NCBI GenBank assembly: GCA_013153685.1 | Contig: JAADDX010000054.1 | Location: 2,842-66,841 of the forward strand | Source: Campylobacterota bacterium | GTDB lineage: Bacteria > Campylobacterota > Campylobacteria > Campylobacterales > JAADDX01 | Direction: 5' to 3' | DNA: 64,000 bases | Shown: positions 40,628 through 48,044 of the stretch, in pieces | Layout: the number at the start of each line of letters is the position of its first letter | How positions within the stretch are numbered: the stretch's first letter is position 1 | Made by a program: the position numbers and the translations under genes | The notes under the pieces: generated by a model | Seen by the model: the letters and a program-made list of their open reading frames with translations, nothing else | Databases searched by the model: none | Told to the model about the DNA's origin: nothing

Positions 40628-41100
40628 GACAATTCCTTTTCATGCTTTAGAGTATGTAGCATTCTAATACTTCCGTATAGTAAACTAGCTCCTACCACAG
40701 CCAAGAATATCGCAACTTCGGCATAATTTTCGGTTAGAACGGTAACTTGTGCTTTTACGTTACCCGCATTCTCTACTACGTTGAAGTTTGGCATAATAAA
40801 TGGAATTACAATAAATCCAATAGCTATTAAAACAATACTTGCCACAGCCCATGGTCTTGATTTTTCTTCTGGAAATGTACTTCCTATTACCGTCACACCA
40901 AATAATACCAATACTACAATCCCACCGGTATAGACAAAAATCTGGAACAATCCAAGTAATTTTTCGTCATATCCGATATAATAAAGTCCAAGCAAAAACA
41001 TTAACAACGCAAAACTCAAAACTGCCGGAACTGTTTTTTTTACCGTAATTGAAATTACAGCCAAGATAATTACCGCTACAAGTAACAAAATACTAACCAT
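40624..41100 (-). CDS. nuoJ: Complex I-type subunit J
   Basis: Start moved to ATG 41100 (MVSILLLVAV, SD AAGGAGG 5 nt upstream). The 62-codon polybasic N-terminus in the track is the nuoI tail read in another frame. Confidence 0.8.
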   Translation of the reverse strand: MVSILLLVAVIILAVISITVKKTVPAVLSFALLMFLLGLYYIGYDEKLLGLFQIFVYTGGIVVLVLFGVTVIGSTFPEEKSRPWAVASIVLIAIGFIVIPFIMPNFNVVENAGNVKAQVTVLTENYAEVAIFLAVVGASLLYGSIRMLHTLKHEKELS

Positions 41101-41665
41101 TATTATCCTCCTTTGTAGGAGCTTCTTTACTAGCTTCCTCTTTTGCTTTTGCTTCAGCTTCGGCTTTTGCTTTTGCTTCAGCTTCGGCTTTCTTTTTGGC
41201 CGCCATCTCAGCTTTCTTTTTGGCTGCTGCCTCAGCTTTTTTTCTTTCTTCTTCTTTTTTCTTTTCGATCCAATCTTGCGGCACATCTACTCTCACCCAA
41301 AAATTATCTTGAGCTTCATGTGCTCCACCAGCTCTCATATCAAAAGTTCCACCGCTCAATTTCAATGCCTTTGGTTTGGTAGGGCATACATCCTCGCATA
41401 ATCCACAAAAAATACAAATAGCCAAATTCACTTCCGGTATCTTATTTGGTCTTTTTAATGGTAACGGTTTCATCACAATCGCATCTACGGGACAGATTTT
41501 ATTACAAGCATCACACCCCGTACAAACATCATATAAAATCTCATGCTTACCTCTAAATATTTCAGACTTATGCACGAAATCTTTGCTTGCGTCTTTGGTA
41601 GCAAGCCTATCTTCTGTCATACTTTTTGATACTCTTATCATTTTTTTTATAATATCAACTAACAT
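41093..41665 (-). CDS. nuoI: Complex I-type subunit I (2x[4Fe-4S] ferredoxin fold) with an unusual Lys/Ala/Glu-rich C-terminal tail
   Basis: Fe-S motifs CTGCDACNKICP and CIFCGLCEDVCP are present. Residues ~134-190 are KKKEEERKKAEAAAKKKAEMAAKKKAEAEAKAKAEAEAKAKEEASKEAPTKEDNNG. Confidence 0.85.
   Translation of the reverse strand: MLVDIIKKMIRVSKSMTEDRLATKDASKDFVHKSEIFRGKHEILYDVCTGCDACNKICPVDAIVMKPLPLKRPNKIPEVNLAICIFCGLCEDVCPTKPKALKLSGGTFDMRAGGAHEAQDNFWVRVDVPQDWIEKKKEEERKKAEAAAKKKAEMAAKKKAEAEAKAKAEAEAKAKEEASKEAPTKEDNNG
41141..41236 (-). repeat. Four 24-bp tandem units inside the nuoI 3' end (two identical, two imperfect)
   Basis: 41141-41164 equals 41165-41188 (ttttgcttttgcttcagcttcggc). 41189-41212 and 41213-41236 are related copies of each other (tttctttttggc[c/t]gc[c/t][a/g][t/c]ctcagc). 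They encode the 8-residue periodic AEAKAK/KKKAEXAA tail. Confidence 0.9.
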
Positions 41666-41666
41666 A

Positions 41667-42632
41667 TCAAGCTCCTAAAATATATAGTTTCGCAAAGATT
41701 ACCCAAACTATATTTAAAATCGACAACGGAACCAACCAACTCCATGCGAATTTTAACATTTGATCAAGTCTAAGTCTTGGATTTGATGCTCTAATAGCCA
41801 CCATCACCACCGCAATAAGTGCAATCTTTAGAAATAAACACCAAAAACTATCAAAAAACAATCCTCTATAACCACTAAAGAATAGCGTTACAGCAGCAGC
41901 TGATACTACCAAAATCTCGGTAAATTCAGCAAATTTAAGCAATACATAATTTGTCCCTGAGTATTCTGTATAAAATCCATATACAATTTCCTGTTCCGCA
42001 TCTGGAATATGAAACGGTGGTTGTTCTAAAATCCCAAGCATTGCAATAATAAAAATAATCGCTCCTGGCAATAAAATCAACGTCGTAAGCCAATTATTAG
42101 CATACATAATATCATGCAAATTCATTGTTCCAAATAAAATAGCTGGGCTTAATGCCGCTAAGAAGAACGGGGTCTCCATTGAGAGCATTTGAGCCAATAT
42201 TCTCATACCACCAAGAAATGAATATTTATTGTTACTACCAAATCCCGTAAGAAAGAGTAAAAACGGCTCAACACCGATTAATACAACCAATCCTAAAACT
42301 CCATATTGAGTATCCACAACCACACCATTGTGCATCCAAGGAGTCCAAGGAATCAAAACAACCGGTAACGCCGCTACTATCGGTGTGATAAGAGGAATTA
42401 CATTAAATAAATACGGATCTACACTCTTTGGTGTGATATTCTCTTTTGTTAAGAGTTTAAATACATCATACACCGTTTGTAACGTCCCAGCCGGTCCGTT
42501 AAAATGTGGTCCTACCCTTTTGTGTATCCTAGCAAGTACTTTTCTTGCAAAATAAAACACAAAAAAGGTCCATCCTAGCAAAAACAAAAGACCTGGAAAG
42601 ACCAATATCTGAAATATTATATTATTCATCAT
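41667..42632 (-). CDS. nuoH: Complex I-type subunit H
   Basis: 321 aa with ARIHKRVGPHFNGPAGTLQTVYDVFKLLTKE, matching the NuoH N-terminal loop pattern. About 8 TM helices. Confidence 0.9.
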   Translation of the reverse strand: MMNNIIFQILVFPGLLFLLGWTFFVFYFARKVLARIHKRVGPHFNGPAGTLQTVYDVFKLLTKENITPKSVDPYLFNVIPLITPIVAALPVVLIPWTPWMHNGVVVDTQYGVLGLVVLIGVEPFLLFLTGFGSNNKYSFLGGMRILAQMLSMETPFFLAALSPAILFGTMNLHDIMYANNWLTTLILLPGAIIFIIAMLGILEQPPFHIPDAEQEIVYGFYTEYSGTNYVLLKFAEFTEILVVSAAAVTLFFSGYRGLFFDSFWCLFLKIALIAVVMVAIRASNPRLRLDQMLKFAWSWLVPLSILNIVWVIFAKLYILGA

Positions 42633-42642
42633 CTCTATCTCC

Positions 42643-44292
42643 TTATCTATCTAAATCACCCTGACAAATATGCATACTTCCATAAACCAATGGAATATCA
42701 GAGAGAGTTTTTCCTCTTAAAAGTTCATCTAAAACCATCGTGTGATTCACACTTGGTGCTTTGATTTTGAGTCTATATGGGTTTGTTGCTTTCTCTTGTG
42801 TTACAAGATGCATCAAAATCTCTCCTCTTGCCCATTCGATTCTGGTTACTGCTTCACCCGCTGGCAGTTTTTTTGGTATTCTTACAAGATGGTCTTTTTG
42901 TGGATTCATCTCTCCACTTGCTATCCCTTCTTGAATTTTTGCAATAGCTTGTTTGATAATATCCATTGACTGGTCTAATTCTTTGAAAAATATATGCAAT
43001 CTATCGTAAATATCCCCATTCTCACAAGTTACATAATCAAATTCAATCTCATCATACCCTGCATAAGGCTCATCGATTCTCACATCCACTTTTACTCCAC
43101 TTGCCCTTGCAATCGGACCTGCCATGTAGTTTTGAACCACATCTTCTTTGCTGATAATAGCATTTGCTACCGCTCTTGTCTTCATAAGAGGGTTGTTAAT
43201 AAAAATATCAAAAAATTCATCCTTGCTACTTTCGTATTTCTCAATAGCCTTTTGTACAATATCCAACCATCCATCTCTTAATGGATATCTCACACCACCT
43301 GGCTCAATACACGCAGTAGCAATTCTAGCCCCACTATATTCTTCTAAAGCATCTAGGAAATATTCTCTTACATCCATAGTCCACATTACAAACGTATGAA
43401 GTCCGGCATTACCGAAAAATCCACCCATACTAATAAGATGTGATGCGATTCTACCGATTTCCCCTAATACTACTCTCATCAATTTTGCAAATCTTGTAAT
43501 CTCTTTTCCTGCAATCTCCTCAACCGCTTGAGAGTAACAAATCATAGGATTTGGATTGTCCATAAAACAAATTCTCTCAACCGCTACAATGCTCCCAATA
43601 AAATCTTTTCTTTCCACTAAATGTTCAAGTGCTCTCCAAACATATCCAATATCTGGATCCACCCATTGGATATTTTCTCCATCCACACCTACTTTCAATC
43701 TAATAGGACCGCTTGCTGGGTGTGTAGGTCCCCAGTGAAGGATAGTTTTACTTCCGTCTTTTGGCAGTGTTTTTTCATTCTCTTCGTATTCATCAAGCCA
43801 TTCGCTAGTAATTTCATCAATATTTTGGATTAAATTTTGTTCGTGAGCTTTCCAGTCAAAATCTTTTCTAAATGGAAATTTACCGTAATAATCAGCTGAA
43901 ATTAAGAAATATCTCAAATTAGGATGCCCTTCAAACTTTACTCCGAATGTAGAGTATGCTTCTAATTCATGCCAATTGGCACTTGGCATCAAAGGAGTAA
44001 TAGATGGTATTTTGCATGCTTCTAATTCTCTTGGAATATCAAATTTTAGCCATACGTTTTTTTTGTTGATAATATCTTCTAAAAAATAATTAACCTCTAT
44101 TTTATTTTCATCTATAAAATCTGTAGGCGAAACTGTTGAACATGTTTTAATACCCTCTGCTTGCAAGTCTTGCACTATACTAAGCAAGTCGTTTGGATTT
44201 GTGAATTTAGCTTTTAGCCATGTTGGTTTGTAGTCTTCTACATACTCGTTGTCATATTTTTCTAATACTTTTCTAATCGCTTCCATCATCAA
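42643..44292 (-). CDS. nuoCD: Fused complex I-type subunits C and D (NuoCD), with the D part divergent and hydrogenase-like
   Basis: 549 aa. The N-terminal ~170 aa is NuoC-like (ANWHELEAYSTFGVKFEGHPNLRYF). The D part begins HWGPTHPASGPIRLKV and ends VYGSMHICQGDLDR. Only 10 nt separate it from nuoH. Confidence 0.8.
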   Translation of the reverse strand: MMMEAIRKVLEKYDNEYVEDYKPTWLKAKFTNPNDLLSIVQDLQAEGIKTCSTVSPTDFIDENKIEVNYFLEDIINKKNVWLKFDIPRELEACKIPSITPLMPSANWHELEAYSTFGVKFEGHPNLRYFLISADYYGKFPFRKDFDWKAHEQNLIQNIDEITSEWLDEYEENEKTLPKDGSKTILHWGPTHPASGPIRLKVGVDGENIQWVDPDIGYVWRALEHLVERKDFIGSIVAVERICFMDNPNPMICYSQAVEEIAGKEITRFAKLMRVVLGEIGRIASHLISMGGFFGNAGLHTFVMWTMDVREYFLDALEEYSGARIATACIEPGGVRYPLRDGWLDIVQKAIEKYESSKDEFFDIFINNPLMKTRAVANAIISKEDVVQNYMAGPIARASGVKVDVRIDEPYAGYDEIEFDYVTCENGDIYDRLHIFFKELDQSMDIIKQAIAKIQEGIASGEMNPQKDHLVRIPKKLPAGEAVTRIEWARGEILMHLVTQEKATNPYRLKIKAPSVNHTMVLDELLRGKTLSDIPLVYGSMHICQGDLDR

Positions 44293-44295
44293 TCC

Positions 44296-44769
44296 TTAAA
44301 ACTTCATTTCTTTCCAAAGTCCGCCTTGGCTTGCGGCACTTGGTTCACCTTTTTTGATTTTTTCTTTTACTTCTTCTAGACCCGCTAATATCGCTTCTGG
44401 TCTTGGAGGACAACCTGCTACAAACACATCTGCTGGTAAAATTTCCGTCACGTTTTTAATAACGCTCGCACTATCATTATAAGGTCCCCCATCATAAGCA
44501 CAAGCACCAATAGCCACCACATAGCTAGGTTCTGGCATCTGTGCATAAGTCCTAAGAAGTGCCGGTAAAATCTTTTTACTTACAAGTCCTGTAATAAAAA
44601 TAATATCCGCTTGTCTTGGTGTAGGAGTCATTATGTATCCATATCTCTCCCAATCGTATCTTGGAGACATTGCCGCAAGCATTTCTAGTGAACAACACCC
44701 ACTACAAAAATGCACAATCCATGGGGATTTACTCTTTGCGTAATTAAAAAAATCAAGAATTTTTAGCAT
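44296..44769 (-). CDS. nuoB: Complex I-type subunit B (N2 cluster subunit)
   Basis: 157 aa with Cys ligand pattern FCSGCCSLEM, GACAYDGGPY and GCPPRPEA. Confidence 0.9.
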   Translation of the reverse strand: MLKILDFFNYAKSKSPWIVHFCSGCCSLEMLAAMSPRYDWERYGYIMTPTPRQADIIFITGLVSKKILPALLRTYAQMPEPSYVVAIGACAYDGGPYNDSASVIKNVTEILPADVFVAGCPPRPEAILAGLEEVKEKIKKGEPSAASQGGLWKEMKF

Positions 44770-45091
44770 ATCTATACTCCTTCATTGAAATAGTAACGGC
44801 TGCGAACAATAACAATCCAAATACCATCGCGATATTTAGGCTATATTCCGTATTATCAAATACAAACAAACTAAAAAATAGCCCACTCATATCAAAGATA
44901 ATAAAAGCAATTGCGAAAATAAAATACCCAAAATTTGCTTTCATAGGCACTTCACTACTTGGTGGAAGCCCACACTCAAAGTGATCATTTTTTACTTCAT
45001 TTGGTCTATATGGTGCTACCATAATACCTAGTAAATACAGTAAAAACACACCGCCTAATATTCCAAAAGCAAATATAAAAACAGTCTCCAT
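44753..45091 (-). CDS. nuoA: Complex I-type subunit A
   Basis: Start moved to ATG 45091 (METVFIFAFGILGG, SD AAGGAG 6 nt upstream) from TTG 45181. 112 aa with 3 TM helices and the FECGLPP motif. Confidence 0.8.
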   Translation of the reverse strand: METVFIFAFGILGGVFLLYLLGIMVAPYRPNEVKNDHFECGLPPSSEVPMKANFGYFIFAIAFIIFDMSGLFFSLFVFDNTEYSLNIAMVFGLLLFAAVTISMKEYRYAKNS

Positions 45092-45170
45092 ACAAAACTC
45101 CTTGTCTAATTTAGAGATTTTTATATAAAATGATAAAATAATTTTTGGATTTTTTAAAGGTTTTTGGGGA

Positions 45171-45176
45171 ATTATA
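45171..45176 (-). promoter_or_regulatory. Candidate -10 hexamer TATAAT for the nuo operon
   Basis: The minus strand reads ttttgatTATAATtcccc about 80 nt upstream of nuoA ATG 45091. Position-based guess only. Confidence 0.3.
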
Positions 45177-45196
45177 ATCAAAATTTATAAAAAGCG

Positions 45197-45209
45197 TTAC
45201 CAATGGTAA
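45197..45209. promoter_or_regulatory. Perfect palindrome TTACCA-A-TGGTAA upstream of the candidate nuo promoter
   Basis: This is a 6+1+6 inverted repeat. It ends 20 nt upstream of the candidate -10, so its centre is near -39. Confidence 0.25.
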
Positions 45210-45252
45210 TACTTTGATAGCAACGTGGAAATTATGAAACTAATATTAATTA

Positions 45253-45621
45253 TTAATCTCCCAATGCTTCTAGTATCTTTGTGTATTCTAAAGGAATGGG
45301 GGTAATTTGCCAATTTTTCAAAAACACCAATTTGATTTGTGCATGAAATAATAACTGATCTTGTTTGTAGATATCTTGCGTGATATGTGCTATGCTTTTT
45401 TTGATAGCATCTACCTTCGTATGCACATCAATCAAATCCCCAAGACGTGCGGGCAAATAAAAAGTAGCTTGTACATCTCTTACTACAAATCCATCCTCTT
45501 GGAAATAAATATTGTTTTGAAAAAACAATTCGCTTCTTGCACGCTCACAAAATGCCAAATACTTGGTATGATATACTACACCTCCCGCATCGGTATCTTC
45601 ATAATATACCCTAAATTGCAT
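45253..45621 (-). CDS. YbgC-like 4HBT hot-dog acyl-CoA thioesterase
   Basis: 122 aa with VYYEDTDAGGVVYHTKYLAFCERARSE. Confidence 0.8.
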   Translation of the reverse strand: MQFRVYYEDTDAGGVVYHTKYLAFCERARSELFFQNNIYFQEDGFVVRDVQATFYLPARLGDLIDVHTKVDAIKKSIAHITQDIYKQDQLLFHAQIKLVFLKNWQITPIPLEYTKILEALGD

Positions 45622-45629
45622 AAATCCTC

Positions 45630-46769
45630 CTAATAAAACATCTCAATTACTACATAGCTTAAAAACAACATAATGTGACTCAATCCTTCTAAGTAATTCG
45701 TCTCTCCATTATCTGTAGTTTTCCATGCCAAAATAATCGTAATAATCAATGCCCCTATTTGTAAAGGTGTAAAATCCATGGAAATATTAATACCAAACAT
45801 AATTCCCAAGAATAACACAATAGGCACAGTTATCAAAATAGAGACAGTGCTAGCTCCCATTGCGATATTTACTACTCTTTGGATTTGATTGTTTTTTGCA
45901 GCTTTAATCGCTGTAAAAAGCTCTGGTGCTACCGTAATAAGGGCGATTACAATCCCAGCAAATCCGGCAGAAAAACCAAAATCTTTTAATACCAAAATTC
46001 CGTCTTTAGCAAACACTTCACTCAAAATACCCACAAACCCTAGTAACAACACCAAAAACACACCGTTTGTTATATTGCTTCTTTTATCAAAGAAATAATT
46101 ATGTTCTTCTTGAACAACCGTGTAATTTGCTCTAAAAATTCTACTTCTTACGCTAGATCTGAAAAAATCCGTATGAGTGGTTGTCTGAAATTTGAAAATA
46201 AAAATATAAAATATCAACAACAAAACTGAGATTGCGATACTAGCATGAAATACATCAGTGGTACTATGATGACCAACTGACAAAGTAGAAGGGACAAGTA
46301 ACATAGCCGATGAAACAAACAATACGGTAGTATAACTTGATGAAGTATCTTCATTGTGGGTTTGTTCTTTGTAATTAAGCCCTCCAATAAACATAGCAAG
46401 CCCCAATAATGCGTTCAAATCGACAATAAACGTAGAAATAATCCCGTTTTTTACAGCAACCACTGCTTGGGGATTGTGAGTAGCTTCTAATAACACCATA
46501 AAAAGCAACAATATCTCCACTGCAACAGCACTGAAGGTTAGAATCAAACTTCCAAAAGGCTCCCCAAAACGGTGTGCCAAAATCTCGGCAATTTCACTAA
46601 TAGTAACAGAAATACTCCCTATGGCAATAATAGCAAAAATAGTAGTCCAAACGATAGAATATCCACGCATGTGGAAATATAAAGCCAAAATTCCAAATAC
46701 AATTCCAAAAATAATATCCCAATAATCACGCACAATATTATGACTTTGGGTATTGGTCTGCGAATCCAC
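45630..46769 (-). CDS. CaCA-family Ca2+/H+ exchanger (ChaA-like)
   Basis: 379 aa polytopic protein. Two alpha-repeat-like segments are present: GEPFGSLILTFSAVAVEILL and AGIVIALITVAPELFTAIKAA. GTG start with an AAAGGAG SD. Confidence 0.8.
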   Translation of the reverse strand: MDSQTNTQSHNIVRDYWDIIFGIVFGILALYFHMRGYSIVWTTIFAIIAIGSISVTISEIAEILAHRFGEPFGSLILTFSAVAVEILLLFMVLLEATHNPQAVVAVKNGIISTFIVDLNALLGLAMFIGGLNYKEQTHNEDTSSSYTTVLFVSSAMLLVPSTLSVGHHSTTDVFHASIAISVLLLIFYIFIFKFQTTTHTDFFRSSVRSRIFRANYTVVQEEHNYFFDKRSNITNGVFLVLLLGFVGILSEVFAKDGILVLKDFGFSAGFAGIVIALITVAPELFTAIKAAKNNQIQRVVNIAMGASTVSILITVPIVLFLGIMFGINISMDFTPLQIGALIITIILAWKTTDNGETNYLEGLSHIMLFLSYVVIEMFY

Positions 46770-46801
46770 CTATGCTCCTTTGTTGATAGAGTGATAGTGT
46801 A

Positions 46802-46810
46802 ATTTTAACA
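46802..46810 (-). promoter_or_regulatory. Extended -10-like element TGTTAAAAT upstream of the exchanger gene
   Basis: The minus strand reads TGTTAAAAT 33 nt upstream of GTG 46769. Confidence 0.35.
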
Positions 46811-46874
46811 CATTTTATAAAAAAGTTGAAGGAAATTTGAATAACAAAAGGGAGAAAGAAGAGGAAACCTTTAG

Positions 46875-47150
46875 TTACGAATGTAAAGGTTTGATTTTAT
46901 CAAATGGATTTTCTACTACGTGTTTTCTATCCACAATGTATGGTAATAAAGCTGCCGCTCTTGCTCTTTTTACCGCATTTGATAATGCTTCTTGGTGTTT
47001 TTTACAAGTTCCAGTAAGTCTTCTTGGCATAATTTTGAATCTCTCGCTAATTCCATATTTTAATACATCCAAATCTTTGTAGTCGATATGGTCTATTTTC
47101 ATCTCACAAAATTTACATCTTTTTTTTCCGTATTTTCTTTTTTCGCTCAT
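46875..47150 (-). CDS. rpsR: Ribosomal protein S18
   Basis: Start moved to ATG 47150 ([23 protein letters not shown]). [32 protein letters not shown] is present. Confidence 0.9.
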   Translation of the reverse strand: MSEKRKYGKKRCKFCEMKIDHIDYKDLDVLKYGISERFKIMPRRLTGTCKKHQEALSNAVKRARAAALLPYIVDRKHVVENPFDKIKPLHS

Positions 47151-47160
47151 ATTAATTCCT

Positions 47161-47619
47161 TTAAAATGGTATATCTTCTTCATCTATATCTATAGATGGC
47201 ACATTTTGTTGTGGTTGAGGTTGAGGTTGTGGTTGTGGTTGTGGTTGAGGTGTAGACGCTTGTGTTGCGTAATTTCCACTCTCATGATTATCTCTACCTC
47301 CTAAAAACTTCAACTGCTCTACTATCACTTCGTGTTTACTGCGTTTTTGTCCACTTTGGTCTACCCATTGATTAAGGGATAATCTACCCTCTATCAATAC
47401 TTGGCTTCCTTTTTTGAGGTATTGGTTGGCAGTCTCGGCTGCTCTACCAAATACAGTAAAATCAATAAACATCGCTTCTTGTTTTTTTTCTTTGGTAACT
47501 GGATCTGTGTATACCCTATTAGTAGCGATTCCACTTTTTGCTACCGCTGTTCCACTTGGAGTATATCTAAGCTCGATATCTCTAGTTAAGTTACCTATTA
47601 AAATCACTTTGTTATACAT
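47161..47619 (-). CDS. ssb: Single-stranded DNA-binding protein
   Basis: OB-fold N-terminus [23 protein letters not shown], a (PQ)n linker and the acidic tip DIDEEDIPF. Confidence 0.95.
   Translation of the reverse strand: MYNKVILIGNLTRDIELRYTPSGTAVAKSGIATNRVYTDPVTKEKKQEAMFIDFTVFGRAAETANQYLKKGSQVLIEGRLSLNQWVDQSGQKRSKHEVIVEQLKFLGGRDNHESGNYATQASTPQPQPQPQPQPQPQQNVPSIDIDEEDIPF
47206..47250 (-). repeat. Hexanucleotide (CCNCAA) repeat encoding (PQ)7-8 in the SSB linker
   Basis: The plus strand reads ttgttgtggttgaggttgaggttgtggttgtggttgtggttgagg. It translates as [17 protein letters not shown]. Confidence 0.9.
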
Positions 47620-47954
47620 TATTTTACTTTACTTGCTTGTGTTTCCCAGATTTTTTGTTCTTTTTTGTTTTCGTATTTTACTGTGATAAATCTAATTACA
47701 TCTTCGTTGATTCTTAAATTTCTCTCGATTTCTTTAATTGCACTTGTAGGTGCCGTGTAGTAAATGATAGTGTAATAACCTCTTTTGTTTTTTTGCACTT
47801 CGTATGCTAAATCTCTCATTCCTACTTTGTCTACTGCAGCAATTTCACCACCATTTGCAGTGATAACGTTTACAACCGCTTCGATTTGTTTTTGAATTTC
47901 TTCGTCTGTTAGTGTTGGTTTTAACACAAATAACGTTTCGTAATGTTTTTTCAT
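47619..47954 (-). CDS. rpsF: Ribosomal protein S6
   Basis: 111 aa starting MKKHYETLFVLKPTLTDEE. TAATG overlap with ssb. Confidence 0.9.
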   Translation of the reverse strand: MKKHYETLFVLKPTLTDEEIQKQIEAVVNVITANGGEIAAVDKVGMRDLAYEVQKNKRGYYTIIYYTAPTSAIKEIERNLRINEDVIRFITVKYENKKEQKIWETQASKVK

Positions 47955-48009
47955 TAGTCTTTCCTTTTGGTTTTTTAGCCCTCAAAAAGAGCAAGGACTT
48001 CAAGCCGCA

Positions 48010-48018
48010 ATTATACCA
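48010..48018 (-). promoter_or_regulatory. Extended -10 promoter TGGTATAAT for rpsF-ssb-rpsR
   Basis: The minus strand reads TGGTATAAT about 55 nt upstream of rpsF ATG 47954, just after the ParA-like gene stop. Confidence 0.45.
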
Positions 48019-48044
48019 TAAAAAAATAAATTTTGGCTTAAATT

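Noticed and set aside
41101-41286. The ORF track gives nuoJ a 62-residue polybasic N-terminus (MCRKIGSKRKKKKKEKKLRQQPKRKLRWRPKRKPKLKQKQK...).
   Set aside because: This is the repeat-encoded nuoI tail read in another frame. A strong SD (AAGGAGG) precedes the internal ATG at 41100, which gives a normal NuoJ N-terminus (MVSILLLVAV). No SD precedes ATG 41286. It remains formally possible and could be tested by N-terminal proteomics.
41143-41382. Plus-strand Leu-rich ORF (MLLLQLRLLLLLQLRL...) opposite the nuoI 3' end.
   Set aside because: It is the antisense shadow of the Lys/Ala/Glu repeat. AAG, GCT and GAA codons read backwards give Leu, Ser and Phe. It has no SD and no independent support.
46811-46874. 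A purine-rich segment (aaaagggagaaagaagaggaaaccttt) downstream of rpsR, considered as a terminator.
   Set aside because: It offers only a weak AAAGG/CCTTT pairing with a large loop and no U-tract, so it is not convincing.
47955-48009. The rpsF 5' leader considered as an S6:S18 autoregulatory RNA structure.
   Set aside because: It is plausible in principle, and the leader of about 50 nt contains short complementary segments. However, I cannot verify the conserved motif by eye, and a covariance model is needed.
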